From the NCBI RefSeq assembly GCF_036588685.1, contig NC_086374.1, forward strand, positions 13,454,001-13,518,000: a stretch of DNA of 64,000 nt, read 5' to 3'. Below are positions 22,701 through 35,657 of the stretch, piece after piece. Under the pieces are notes generated by a model. That model worked only from the letters and a program-made list of their open reading frames with translations. It ran no database searches and was not told the origin of the DNA. The DNA is from Mytilus trossulus (lineage: Eukaryota). Position numbers and translations under genes: made by a program. Position 1 is the stretch's first letter, and every line of letters begins with the position of its first letter.

Positions 22701-25700
22701 GTGCTGTCTGAAGTTCTTTAGGGACTACAGAAAACCTTAGTACATATAGTATAAAAATATTTTGTACTTGTGTATCAATAAACAGAAATTTCTCTACAGT
22801 TTCTTTGGTTTACTATTTGATTCCTTCTATATATACAAATTTAGATGTTGTGAAGAAGGTGAAAAGAAAAGTAAAACAAGAGTTTCCAGAGTACATCCCA
22901 CAGACTGACGGTCCAGTTGTATATACACCTATTGGATATGATGATGATGAACAGAACTTACAGGTTGTGGAGAAAAAGGTAACACTACTGTCAAGTTAGA
23001 TTTAAACAGCTCTATCAAAATTATTTTCAAAATAAAATTTAGAATTTTTCTCAAACCACTTCGGATTAAAAGTTTTTCAATCTATAGAGTTTAGCTGTAA
23101 AAAAAACAGAAAAATTTTATTTGAAAGCATAATGACATAATTATGCCCTGAAAATTATACCATAGAAAATGTCCCAAATTGTTATTGGGAAAAACATGTA
23201 TTTATTTGGTGTTACTACAATGTTTTTTAAACTCATTTCAAAATAATATTTTTTTTTAAACAAATTTATTTTTGATATTCAAGACCATGAATCTAGAATT
23301 TTATCACACAATTTTCGCAATATCTTAATCAAAGGACCAAAAGTTATGGTATTTTTTTTCTTCAAATTTTTCAAATTCATATCAGATATCACAACAAGAA
23401 AGAACATGTTTTATACAGGTTTTTTTTGTATCCAGTGCATAGAATTTAATACCTGTTTTTGGAAAAGCTTTTCAAAATGGATTTTTTTTTGTCTGACTTG
23501 CAACACTCAATATGTATTTCAGCCTGATTAAATCTAATTGTTGCTGCACTATATATATTTAACAGCTAGTGACATCATCTGATTAGATTTGTTGAATGTT
23601 AACTACATAAACACATCACAAAAAACTTGAATTGTATTTCAAATAGCACCTTTTTTATAGGGAAAATGGAGCCAAGAAGAGATGGCCAACTTAGCTAAGG
23701 CTGTAAGTAAGTTTCCTGGAGGTACACCTGGGAGATGGGAAAAGATTGCTGTTTTTATGGAAAGACCTGTTGCAGAGGTAATATATAGTTTATCAATAAT
23801 ATTATAGTAATCAGAAGCTCTCTTGACTTGAACTTTTCAATGGTCTTATGGATTATATCTACCATACAAGTATATGATAGGATATCTGGTCAGATTGCTT
23901 ATGAGTATTATATTTAACTGTATAACTTTTTACATGAAAAATGCCAATATATTTATGATTAAACCTTATTAGCAGAACTCAGTTGTATCTATTATAGGAC
24001 TATTTATATATATATATATATCATACTAGTTTAGATTAAAAGAGATAAGAATGTTAAAAACCAAAATAAAAATAGTTTTTCTGGTTATAATCCATAAATA
24101 TAGAATGAATTTTAATGGTAAAAATTGTATGACAAATAGGAGTTGTACACAAATATGCCAACGTTTACAGTGTTAAGTTATTTAACTTATTTACACAAGT
24201 TTATTTTGGTGTGAGCATTTTCAGGATATTGAACATAGGTACCCAAAATGAAATTATAATTTTTGTCGAGCCTGCAACTTTTGTTGCAGAAAGCTCGACA
24301 TAGGGATAGTGATCCGGCGGCGGCGGTGGTGTTAGCTCACTTCTTAAAAGCTTTATATTTTAGAAGGTAGAAGACCTGGATGCTTCATACTTTGTATACA
24401 GATGCCTCATGTTACGAACTTTCCGTCAGTCACATGTCCAATGTTCTTGACCTCATTTTCATGGTTCAGTGACTTCTTGAAAAAAAAGTTAAGATTTTTT
24501 GTAATGTTAAATTCTCTCTTATTATAAGTAATTGGATAACTATATTTGGTATGTGCCTACCTTGCAAGGTCCTCATGCCTGTCAGACAGTTTTCACTTGA
24601 CCTCGACCTCATTTCATGGATCAGTGAACAAGGTTAAGTTTTCGTGGTCAAGTACATATCTCAGATACTATAAGCAATAGGTCTAGTATATTCGGTGTAT
24701 GGAAGGACTGTAAGGTGTACATGTCCAACTGGCAGGTGTCATCTGACCTTGACCTCATTTTCATGGTTCAGTGGTTATAGTTAAGTTTTTGTGTTTTGGT
24801 CTGTTTTTCTTATACTACATGCAATAGGTCTACTATATTTGGTGTATGGAATGATTGTAAGGTGTACATGTCTAGCTAACACTTGTCATCTGACCTTGAC
24901 CTCATTTTCATTGTTCAGTGGTTATAGTTAAGTTTTTTAGTTTTGGTCTGTTTTTCTTATACTGTATGCAATAGGTCTACTATAATTGGTGTATGGAATG
25001 ATTGTAAGGTGTACATGTCTAGCTGACAGGTGTCATCTGACCTTGACCTCATTTTTTTATGGTTCAGTGGTCAAAGTTAAGTTTGTTAGTTTTTGTCTAT
25101 TTTTCTAATATTTTATGCATTAGGTCATCTATATTTGTTGTATGGACATATTTTATGATCTTTATGTCTGTTACGCTGGTTTTATTTGACTTTGACCTCA
25201 TTTTCACGGTCCATTGCTGAGTTTTAAGTGTTTGTGTGTTTTGGTCTGTTTTTCTTTATTTATAAGCAATAAGTCAACTATATTTGTTGTATTGAAGAAT
25301 TGTTAGCTGTACATGTCTGCCTGGCATAGTTCATCTGACCTTGACCTCATTTTCATGGTTGATTGATCAATGTTTCCTTTTCTTGGTTAATGTTGAGTTT
25401 ATGTGACAGTTGTAATAAAGCTTTACATTTAGGTCTATCAAGATAGTTTCAAGGATTAGTAAAGAAGGCGAGACATTTCAGTGTGTGCACTCTTGTTAAA
25501 ATTATTTGATATTTAAACTTATATTATATTTTTAGGTGACAGCCAAAGCCAAAACATTGAAAGGATCTTATAACATTACAGCAAATACCAGTTTACAAGG
25601 TCAGCATTTCATTTGATTTTCTCTTTTAAATTTCTAAAAAAAAAAATGTTTTACAAACAAAGACATGTTATTTTATTGCTAGATATTCTGACACCATTTC

Positions 25701-28700
25701 GGATTTTATTTTAAATGAACTATTGTTGAAATTAAATTCATAACAATTTATTATGACTTAACACATCTCTCAGTGCAAATGAAAGTAGTATATCTGGCCA
25801 AGTGAAGCAAGTTGAAATGTTACAGAATTGCAGGTTTATTTGCTGTTCAAATTTGGGTTAAATTCAAACTGTGCGCAGCTGGGCCGGACAATAAAGTGTC
25901 ATATATTTTTGTTCCATTATGGAAGATAACAAACACATATTCATTCAACAAACATTTAAATTTCAATGACATTCACAATTTATTCAACTGCCTTGTTCAA
26001 GTTTACTTCCATACATGTATAATTTCACTTTGTATTTATACTATCCACTGTTACATTGTGAAATAAACATTTTTTTGTCACAACAGTTTAGGAATTAGGG
26101 ACCAAAAAGGGGCACAAATAAGCATTTTTCTTGGTTTTCACACAATAACTTTAGTATAAGTAAATAAATATCTTTGAAACTTAAACACAAGGTTTATGAC
26201 CACAAAAAAAAGGTTGGGATTGATTTTTGGAGTTTTGGTCCCAACAGTTAAGGGGTTCTTTGATATGCTGAATCTAACCATGTATTTAGATTCTTAACTT
26301 TTTGTCTCGTTTTCAAATTGGTCTACATTAAGGTCCAAATCATCCAAAATTGAACTTTATTTGATTTCATCAAAAATTGATTTTTTTGGGGGTTCTTTGA
26401 TATGCTGCATGAATATATTAAACCATGTATTTAGATTTTGGATATTGGACCATAATAGGTAAATGTACAATTTTATTCTAAGTTCTTAGACTACATTCAT
26501 TCTGTGTCAACTTTTTTCACAATTCAAATTCAGAGCTGTATCAAGATTGAATATTGTGCCAATACTTGCCCAAACATTTCAGGGTTTTGACCTCTACAGT
26601 TGTATCAAGCTATCTTAAATCTATTTAAAATTTATTGTAAAATCTTAGATACTAAATATTCAGAAATTTATTTGGTACACTGTTGCATTCCCATCAAATC
26701 CATTAAACTTATAGAATCAGGTATTTTTATGTAAGTACTAATGTTCTTCTGCTTTACAATGTATAGAATTGTGCTATTTCAGGTGGAATGTTGAAACAGC
26801 CAAAGAAATCTCAAACAATTACAGATGAAATGATATCTCAAAATGAAGAATTACCTACTGTTGATGGAGATATAGGTGATAGTCAGGTTAGACAAAGGAA
26901 AAATAAAAAGACTGCCAATAAAACAGTCAAAGATAATAGTGAACCAGGAGGGAGAGTCTCAGAACATACAGATAGTAGTAACTCAAAACAAAAAATTACA
27001 AGTAATGGTAAGATTAACTCTCTACCAAATGGAACTGATGTATCATCAACTCTATCTAAATCAGGTAGTGCTGCTAAATTGACTGATGATTCAGATGGAT
27101 GGAATAAAAATCTACAAACCATATTAGAATGGGCATTGAGACAACATCCCAAAGGTACAGACCAAAGATGGGACAAAATAGCACAGCATATACCAGGAAA
27201 ATCTAAGGTAATATTATTGTTCTTTAATGCTACTTATCAATCAATTTCTGAATGATGCAAGGAATTATTATTATTATTTATATTCACATTTTAATATATG
27301 ATATTTAATTATAAACTATTTTTTTTTCATAATGAAGGAAAGGAGTTCTAGGTTTCATAACAAGTGATAATTGGATATCGCTTTTTTTTGCATAGCAATA
27401 TAATATTTTCCACAGAAAGTAACCAAAAGTTAGCGTGCAATAAATTCTAATATTGCACTAGTGCAATAAATCTTCAAAATCCATGACGTCATCAACGACA
27501 AAATCTTAGTTTAAACCAATTTTTACTTTCAAATATTATATTGCTATACAATAAAAGGGTTATTGCATGAATCTTGGGAAATATTGTCCCTCATATATAT
27601 ATAGAACATATATTGCACCCGCAAGCTTGTGCAATATGAAATTCCACTCTGGACAATATTCATGCAATAACCCTATAATATCAACTTAAAACATTTTATT
27701 TCAATATAATACTAAACAAGCCTTTGGCAAGGTTATTATTACTATTTAAATTAAATAACTAGAGTTAATATCAAGCATTATCGCTATTTTGTGCATTTTT
27801 CCTTTGATCTTTTTTTGTGATAATTTTCATATCATGCTTCTCGCTTGAGATGGAAAAAATTATCGCTAGAAACTAAGGAGGCCACGTGGCGTTGCTAACG
27901 AAATTGACATGAAATTGACATAGGTAAAATAGCGATAAACAGATTATCATTGGTCATCTCAACTCAATTGCTTTTGTGACTTTCGCTGTACCAGCTCAAG
28001 CGAGAAAATCAATCTCGTTGAGATGATCAACGATAATCTATAATTATCGCTATTTTGTGCATTTTTCCTTTGATCTATTTTTGTGATAATTTTCATATCA
28101 TGCTTTTCGCTTGATATGGAAAAATTATCGCTAGAAACTAAGGAGGCCACATGGTGTTGCTAACGAAATTGACATTGAAATTGACAACGTCGTCATAGGT
28201 AAAATAGCGATAAACAGATTATCATTGGTTATCTCAACTTGATTGCTTTTCTCACTTTCGCTGTACCAGCTCAAGCGAGAAAATCAAGTGTCGTTGAGAT
28301 AATCAATGATAATCTATAATTATCAAAATTCTCACAAGTTGTTAATTTTTTTTATCTTATGGTCAACACTGTCATTGTGTTGAAATAAAAATCCCTTGAA
28401 TGATTGATATAGTCTTTTGCACATACCAGTATGATGTCATATGTTCCGACAATCAAATTTTAAAACACTTAATCTCATATCACTTTTTCATATATATCTC
28501 TTCATCCAAGAAATGGATAACAGGCCACAACCATAAGAGAATGAAAATTCCAATTATTTCTTTCATGTTGAACCCATTTGAATTATTTTGAATGAATGTA
28601 AATTATCAGTGTCATAATATAATTTGTTTTTTTATTATTATTCCAGGAGGAATGTATAGTCAGATTTAAATATTTAGCTGATCTAGTCAAGAAGAAGAAA

Positions 28701-28724
28701 GAACAAAACACACAAGAACAATAA
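10745..28724 (+). CDS. DNAJC1: DnaJ homolog subfamily C member 1 (ERdj1/MTJ1), ~522 aa, complete
   Basis: Exons 10745-10894, 15138-15239, 19849-19895, 21400-21571, 22239-22518, 22845-22978, 23661-23777, 25536-25599, 26783-27207, 28647-28724 (1569 nt, all GT-AG, in phase). Encodes a signal peptide, [15 protein letters not shown], a J-domain with HPD ([10 protein letters not shown]), [14 protein letters not shown] followed by a TM helix, and two SANT/Myb domains ([14 protein letters not shown]; [23 protein letters not shown]). Confidence 0.96.
11136..12270 (-). mobile_element. 5'-truncated non-LTR retrotransposon (CR1/L2 group): C-terminal RT coding region, 3'UTR and (TACA)n tail
   Basis: Uninterrupted frame [11 protein letters not shown]...[17 protein letters not shown]...YPYLG...[13 protein letters not shown]...[10 protein letters not shown]...[15 protein letters not shown] with a stop at 11443-11445. 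Stem-loop ccctcg/cgaggg at ~11177-11195 and tail gtatgtatgtatgta at 11136-11150. Confidence 0.92.
12271..12644 (-). mobile_element. tRNA-derived SINE-like head and body joined directly to the RT fragment
   Basis: A-box TGGCCTAGTGG (12637-12627) and B-box GGTTCGATCC (12593-12584) at tRNA-like spacing, with CTGCAG in the anticodon-loop position. The body contains gtggttttccacgaggttcttcagtttc, reminiscent of conserved SINE central domains. Confidence 0.75.
13991..14090. repeat. ~100-bp imperfect palindrome (mini-MITE)
   Basis: attacatgtcatttttcataacagaccctttat...tcatgatatcatga...ataaagggtctgatatgaaaaatgccatgtaat. Confidence 0.75.
15569..18111. mobile_element. TTAA-target non-autonomous DNA transposon (Kolobok-like), interrupted by a nested HINE-like element
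   Basis: TTAA|ggtggtatgggtgtct ... agactcccataccacc|TTAA, with the TSD at 15565-15568 and 18112-18115. Confidence 0.85.
16068..18021 (+). mobile_element. Helentron-associated non-autonomous element (HINE/DINE-1/pearl-like) carrying satellite-like arrays
   Basis: Sub-terminal inverted repeats tatacgaccgc / gcggtcgtata, a (GTC)n microsatellite near the 5' end, four ~160-bp units (16211, 16370, 16531, 16693), two ~260-bp units, a short 3' hairpin, and insertion in a T run. Confidence 0.8.
18515..19686 (+). mobile_element. Diverged relative of the 16068-18021 HINE-like family
   Basis: Same ~160-bp unit (ccacaaaaggaaggttgggattgattttggg) and a similar 3' end (gcggttgtataaaagtgcaccctgtggagcacatggtt). 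Confidence 0.7.
19936..20964 (+). mobile_element. HINE-like element, second family (ttagctcacctggccc...gagcctctagttt), with a duplicated ~255-bp head
   Basis: Termini and body are shared with 33867-35657. The head is repeated at ~19961 and ~20216. Confidence 0.8.
24260..25497 (+). mobile_element. HINE-like element, third family, with a ~148-bp tandem array
   Basis: 5' hairpin gtcgagc...gctcgac, (GGC)n, units containing gaccttgacctcattttcatggttcagtg at ~24745, 24893, 25040, 25187 and 25337, and 3' end ggcgagacatttcagtgtgtgcactcttgtt. Confidence 0.8.
26075..26612 (+). repeat. Deleted fragment of the 16068-18021 family
   Basis: Collinear pieces of the 160-bp unit, the 260-bp unit and the 3' terminal region. 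Confidence 0.7.
27777..28321. repeat. Tandem duplication of a ~270-bp unit with an internal hairpin
   Basis: ttatcgctattttgtgcatttttcctttgatc starts at ~27778 and again at ~28044. Each unit ends with gattatcattggtcatctcaac...gttgagatgatcaacgataatc. Confidence 0.9.
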
Positions 28725-28962
28725 TATCTAATGAAGTAAAGGGACAGTGCAACCCAAGAAAATCAGTATCTGTGTAATAAACAAAAGATTTTTTTACTTC
28801 AATCAAGAAATTTAGAAAGCCAAAGATACTCTTACGTACAGATGTTGAAGAGTTATTATAAATGCTGTTGACAGTTCTATTGGAGTTATTTATTTGGACT
28901 TCTGTCATACAATGTTGTATTAATAAATTTTTATAGAAGTTGTACAATGCTGTATTAATGAC

Positions 28963-29405
28963 TTTTATGCCTCCTTGGTGAAGGGGCATTGCTTTTATCC
29001 TTGTTCGTCTGTCCGTCCTTTAGTCCTTACACCCCAAAGTTGGTTTCAGTTCTCTAACTTTAGTTTACCTCAATCAAATGTTATGAAACTTTTACACAAT
29101 GCTTATTACCTCTAAATACAGATCAAGTTTGATTTTGGTGGTTTATCTGATCTAGAGTTATGCCCTTTACAAAGAAAAAATTCCAAAATTTTTTGGTTTC
29201 TGTTCTTTAATTTACCAGTACCGGTAAGTTTGCATCACCCAAATGTAATGAAACTCATACACAATGCTTCGTACCACAAAACTCAGATCAAGTACAAGTT
29301 TGGGTAGCATCACTTTGATTGTTCTTTTGTTATGTCCCTTTATAACTTTATATGATATGCAAGCAGGGGCATCATCATAGTCCCATGGACAAAATCCCCA
29401 TTTAT
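28963..29405 (+). mobile_element. Short HINE-like element downstream of the DNAJC1 stop
   Basis: 5' ttttatgcctcc...ggggcat hairpin, (GTCC)-like microsatellite, two ~150-bp units, and 3' ggggcat plus hairpin. The unit is also seen at ~62030-62280. Confidence 0.6.
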
Positions 29406-29639
29406 TACTTCTTCAAGAATTTTCTGATCACAGATCTTGTTCATTGTTTCTGTTAAAAACATTCACAACTTTTATAAACTTGAGAGATATTCAGCATGAT
29501 ATATGGTATAGACACTTGTCTATTGTTGAAGAAGGTGTCTTCTCCAGATGTCTGTTGATTATTTTTGCCCTCTAGATATCTTTTGGTTATATTTTGGTTT
29601 GGTGGCTGTGTCTTAGTTAAAAAAAAGTCGTTAGAATAC

Positions 29640-30510
29640 AGATGGTTTCCGGATAATAACTTTAGTATAGATTAATAGAAATCAAAAAACATTTAACATG
29701 AGGTTTATAACAACTAAAGGAAGGTTGGGATTGATTTTGGGGGTTATGGCCCAACTGGTTAGGAATTAGGGGCCGAAACAAGCATTTTATTAGTTTCCAG
29801 ACAATTAATTGTGTTAAAGTGGTTGAATCTATCTGAAATTATACCACAAATTTCCATACTACAAAGGGATGGTTAGGATTGACTTTTGTTTTTTTTTGGC
29901 TCAAACCATTTAGGAGTTGGGGGCAAAAAAGATTGGAGACCAGGGGTTTTCTGGTTAAAGGATAATTGAGATAATTTAAAAGCAGTGTAAGGGAGGTAAT
30001 CCAAATCAGTTTATTAAAAGAACAATCTTTGATTACCTCCCTTACACTGCTTGTATATAATGTATTGAGAAAAGATGATTGTCTTTAGGTGATTAGCTGT
30101 CAATTTATTTTAGCAGTTACTATTAATTAATATTAATTTTAGCTTGACTAATCAAATCAAATATATTTTATTGTCAATTAAAGACGCCCATTACAGGCAG
30201 AATAATCACAAGTTAAATTTGGTACAATGATTACAAAATGATTACAATTATTGACTATGTATGTTATTTTATATTTTAAAGACTTTATTGATTTATTTTG
30301 ATGGGTAGTTAATTATTCATGGTGGAAAACTCCATTAGAAATTTGAATTGAGGTACTGACCATATCTTAGGGGAAAGAATATTTTTGGGGATAAGGGTAA
30401 AGGGGAGGTGAAAAAAAATGGAGGGGGCACAGTTTTTCTCATTTCAGATTTCAGAAATTAAAAGAAAAGTTCTTCAAATATATTTTTGGAGAGGTATATA
30501 TATATTCAAC
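29640..30510 (+). repeat. Diverged fragments of the 16068/18515 HINE-like family
   Basis: gatggtttccggataataactttagtata...ggaaggttgggattgattttggg and aaaagcagtgtaagggaggtaat are shared with 18550-19390. Confidence 0.6.
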
Positions 30511-30549
30511 AGCAATGTGTATCGCATAAAATATTTTTTAAGTAAGGCA

Positions 30550-31555
30550 ATCACACTAGATAAACAAATTGTGAATACTAATATTTTAAGGGTAATAACT
30601 CCTTTTTTGCCATATAAACTTATTTGTAGAACTTGCTTTGCTTTCTACACTTTATCTTTATCCATAATATTTAAGATGATAACCAAAAATTTCAAAATTT
30701 ACTTAAATTACCAATTTAGTGGCAGCAACCAACACCAAACAATGGGTTGTTTTGTTCTTCTGAAAATATCAGAGCTGATAGGTCAAGACCTTGTGGAAGT
30801 TTTTTTGCATGTCAGATTTACTCTTCATGCTTTAGTTTTTGATATAAAAGCCCAAAACTGCATTTGACCCTTATGTTTTGTTTTAACCATGGCTGCCATG
30901 TTTATTGATGAATCAAAACTACAGATTAAGATATAAACAATATATACCTTAAGGAACATTCAGTTAAAGTTTAGAAGTTTCAGTGGAAAAGATTGTTAAA
31001 TTTTAGCAAACATGATAAACAATTTGTGTAAAATTGTCTTTGAAGGGCCATTACACCTCAAAGATTTGGTCTTATTAACTTTTTAGTAGATCATACTTTG
31101 CTGTACATTATTGCTGTTTACAGTGTATCTATATCTATATTAAAATCGAAGATAATTACCAAATAAAAAACAAACAAAAAATAATCTTACAATTAACAAA
31201 TATGGGTCAGCATCCAAACAATGGGCTGTCTGATTCGTCTGAAAATTTCAGGGCAGATATATTTTGACCTGATGAACAGTTCATATCCCATGTCAGATTT
31301 ATTCTAAATGCTTTAGTTTCAGCGATAAAGGCCAAAATCTACAGTTTACACTGTGTTCTATTTTTAGCCATGGTGGGCATCTTGGTTGGCAGGCCAAGTC
31401 GTCAGACATATATTTTAAAACTAGATACCCAAAAATAATTGTGGTCAAGTTTGGTTGATTTTGGCCTTGTAGTTTCTGAGTAGAAGAATTTTTATCAACG
31501 AAAGCCAAGTAATGAAAAAAGCTCACTTAACCCTTTGGGCCAAGGGGGCTTAAAA
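30550..31555 (-). mobile_element. Diverged reverse-orientation copy of the second HINE-like family
   Basis: The reverse complement of 31500-31555 matches the family 5' end. Two degenerate ~500-bp units follow. Confidence 0.65.
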
Positions 31556-32539
31556 TACACTTTTTCAGATATAAGCTAAAGTAACCACTTATACAACAAA
31601 TCTGGCAAGCTTGGATTCAATTGATTTAATTATTCTTGTGACTATCTAAAAATTCTTTATTATTTTAATCGGATTTCAAAGGGACATATCGGTAATTAAT
31701 TTAGTGATGTACGGGTTTCTGTCAATTTGACAGCCTCTTGTTAGCCCCTTTAAATCATCTCATATTTTTTCAACAGAACGTTTCTGGAGTTCTGCATGAT
31801 TTGTTTTTATTTTCTTAAATCTGTTCTTGTAGAGAAAAGTAAATATACTTTTTCATATGGTTGTAATGTAAAATTTACTTCGGCTGTTGGTCTTCTTGAA
31901 TTTTACATAGGCACAATATATTTTATCTGTTCCAGCCTCAAATAAAAACACATGTAAAAAATCTTCACAGGAGTATATCAGGAAAGTTTCATTTCAATTG
32001 CTTCAATTGTTTAAATGAATCTTATTGTGACATTCTTTGGAATTTATACAAATTCGACCCCTTCTATTCCTTGACTTTTAATCAGAAAAAACTAACATAC
32101 TCGGGCGCATAGCTACGTTTGTGTCAAAACGTCCGAGCGTGCACGTGTATTTTGGAAGGGGACATATTTTTATCCAAATAGATTAAAGAAACTGTTTAAA
32201 GTGCACGAGCGATTGCTTCGATGACTCTTATTGAAGATAAAAAAAAGTATGCATATCCTGCTCCACATGAGGTACCTTCGTGTTGCTCATATAGGTAAAA
32301 ACTCAGTGATAAGTCTAATTCGGTAGGTCAAGGTTAAGGAAAAGAGGATGAATAGTGGTTACAACAATGGAACATGTCCGTCGTCATCTGTGAAACAGTC
32401 AACCAACTATATCGATTTAACATGTTCAGAGGGTTGCCCCCAGCTTCACCACTTTAATAGATTCCTTGTAAGGTAGCAACCTCATTCTAGGAATTCGGAC
32501 ATGGTGGGAAATGCAAGTTCTAAAATATCAACTGGGAGA

Positions 32540-33210
32540 ACAAGGAACTGACCTTGACCTCATTTTCATGATTCGGTAGTTATAGTTAAGTTTTTGTGTT
32601 TTGGTCGGTTTATCGTAAACGGTATGCAATAGGTCTACTATATTTGGTGTGTATAATGATTGTAAGGTGTACATGTCCAATTTGCAGGTGCCATCTAACC
32701 TTGACCTCATTTTCATGGTTCAGTGGTCAAAGTTAAGTTTTAGAACTTCAGTGGTTTTTTTTTTATATTACTATATATGCAAAGGGAAACTATATTTGGT
32801 GTATGGAAATATTTTATGATGAACATGTTAGTCTCGCAGGTTTATTTGACCTTGGCGCCATTTTCACTGTTTATTATCGACTCCTAGGAGTGGATATTAA
32901 GAATTGAACGATGGACAATCAGTGCGTAAATTTTTCTTGCTACCTGATTGGAAGATATTACGAGACGTGCATAATCAAAGTTTATTGATTGGTTAGGACA
33001 ATCCAAACCTAGTAAATGTCCTTCAATCCCGAAGAAAGGCTAATGCTTGTTTGCTTAGTGTAAGTTTTTGTGTGTTGGTCTGATTTTTCTTAAGCTATAA
33101 GCAATAGGGCAAATATTATGTTTTGTATATAATGATTGTAAGCTGTACATGTCTGCCTGGCATGGTTCATATGACCTTGACCTCTTTTTCATGGTATAAT
33201 GGTCAAAGCC
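32540..33210 (+). repeat. Fragments of the ~148-bp satellite-like unit (third family)
   Basis: Repeated gaccttgacctcattttcatg...gcaataggtctactatatttggtgt...gtaaggtgtacatgtc. Confidence 0.7.
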
Positions 33211-33866
33211 AATAATTCAACTCATATGGACCCATATTCATGATCATGCGTGTAAACTTCAATTTGACCCTTACCTGAGGATGGGTTTCAAATGTGTTTT
33301 GTTATTGAAAGGAAATAATGTAAACCTTAAAAAATGAAAAAATGCATCTACCGGGAAGAACCGATTCTGCTCACAAAAAGATCATTCAAAAATAAACTCA
33401 CACATACCAGATTTAATTTCTGGGTGCCAGACGCGCGTTTCATCCAGGAAAAGACTTATCAGTGATGCTTGAATAAAAATGTTGGCCAAATAAACTACAA
33501 AATTTCGGAAGGTTTTGTCAAACACAGCTTTGATCAGCTTTACGAGAATCTATTCATGGTAAGTATTTTAGAAAACTTCCAAGATTTGAAAACAGTTTAT
33601 TTATATGTATATGCATTGTAAAAATTTTAAGGATTTTATAACTTTGGATAGGTGTTTTAGTATGTTATAAATAAAAAATGAGAATTTTGAGTAGAATCGG
33701 TGAACATGCTTTTGGCATCTAAACTATTATCCGTTTAGAGTATAAAGATGAAACATCCAATCATTAATTTGTCACTGATGTCTCTCTATATTTTTTTTTG
33801 CAAATATTGAGAATAATCCACTGCCAAACATTTTAGGTGGAATTGCGAATAGTAAAGCAAAACGCC

Positions 33867-35657
33867 TTTTTAGCTCACCTGGCCCGAAGGGCCAAGTGAG
33901 CTTTTCTCATCACTTGGCGTCCGTCGTCCGTCGTCGTCGTCGTCGCTAACTTTTACAAAAATCTTCTCCTCTGAAACTACTGGCCCAAATTAAACCAAAC
34001 TTGGTCACAATCATCATTGGGGTATCTAGTTTTAAAAATGTGTGGCGTGACCCGCCAAACCAACCAAGATGGCCGTCGTGGCTAAAAATAGAACATAGGG
34101 ATAAAATGCAGTTTTTGGCTTATAACTCAAAAACCAAAGCATTTAGAGCAAATCTTACATGGGGTTAAAATAGTTTATCAGGTCAAGATCTATCTGCCCG
34201 GAAATTTTCAGATGAATCAGACAATCAGTTGTTGGGTTGCCGCCCCTGAATTGGTAATTTTATAGAAATTTTGCTGTTTTTGGTTATTATCTTGAATATT
34301 ATTATAGATAGAGATAAACTGTAAACAGCAATAATGTTCAGCAAAGTAAGATTTACAAATAAATCAACATGACAAAAATGATTAGTTGACCTCTTTAGGA
34401 GTTATTGCCCTTTAAAGTCAATTTTTAACCATTTTTTGTAAATATTAGTAATCTTTTACAAAAATCTTCTTCTCAGAAACTACTGGGCCAAATTAATCCA
34501 AACTTGGCCACAATCATCATTGGGGTATCTAGTTTAAAAAATGTGTGGGTTGACCCGCCAAATCAACCAAGATGGCTGCCATGGCTAAAAATAGAACATA
34601 GGGGTAAAACATAGTTTTTGGCTTATAACCCAGAAACCAAAGCATTTAGAGCAAATCTGACATGAGGTAAAATTGTTTATCAGGTCAAGATCTATCTGCC
34701 CTGAAATGTTAAGTTGAATCAGAGAACCTGTTGTTGGGTTGCTGCCCCTGAATTGGTAATTTTAGGGAAATTTTGCTGTTTTTGGTTATTATCTTGAATA
34801 TTATTATAGTTGGAGATAAACTGTAAACAGCAATAATGTTCAGCAAAGTAAGATTTAAAAATAAGTCAGCTATTTTGGTCATTTGACCCCTTTAGGAGTT
34901 ATTGCCCTTTAAAGTCAATTTTTAACCATTTTTCATAAATTTTATATGTCTTTTACAAAAATCTTCTCCTCTGTAACTGCTGGGCCAAATTATTCCAAAT
35001 TTGGCCACAATCATCTCTGGGGTATCTAAAAAATGTGTGGCGTGACCTGCCAAACCAAACAAGATGGCCGCCATGGCTAAAAATATAACATAGGGGTGAA
35101 ATGCAGCTTTTGGCTAATATTCAAAAACAAAAGCATTTATAGCAAATCTGACATGAGGTAAAATTGTTGATAAGGTCAAGATCTATCTGCCCTTAATTTT
35201 TCAGATGAATCAGAGAACCCGTTGTTGGGTTGCTGTCCCTGAATTGGTAATTTTAAGGAAATTTTGCTGTTTTTGGTTATTATCTTGAATATTATTATAG
35301 ATAGAGATAAACTGTAAACAGCAATAATGTTCAGCAAAGTAAGATTTACAAACAAGTCAGCATGACCAAAATGGTCAATTGACCCCCTAAGGAGTTATTG
35401 TCCTTTATAGTCAATTTTAAATAATTTTCATAAAATTTGTAAATTTTTACTACCGGTAACATTTTCCACAGAAACTACTGGGCCAAGTTCATTATAGATA
35501 GTGATAATTGTAAGCAGCAAGAATGTTCAGTAAAGTAAGATGTACTAACATATCACCATCACCAAAACACAATTTTGTCATGAATCCATCTGCTTACTTT
35601 GTTTAATATTCATATAGACCAAGGCGAGCGACACAGGCTCTTTAGAGCCTCTAGTTT
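33867..35657 (+). mobile_element. Full-length HINE-like element with three ~500-bp tandem units
   Basis: 5' ttttagctcacctggcccgaagggccaagtgagc, (GTC)n, units starting at ~33957, 34459 and 34957, and 3' ggcgagc plus hairpin aggctctttagagcct followed by ctagttt. Confidence 0.85.

Noticed and set aside
30418-30867. 149-aa ORF
   Set aside because: It lies across degenerate repeat copies, has AT-rich codon composition and shows no motif.
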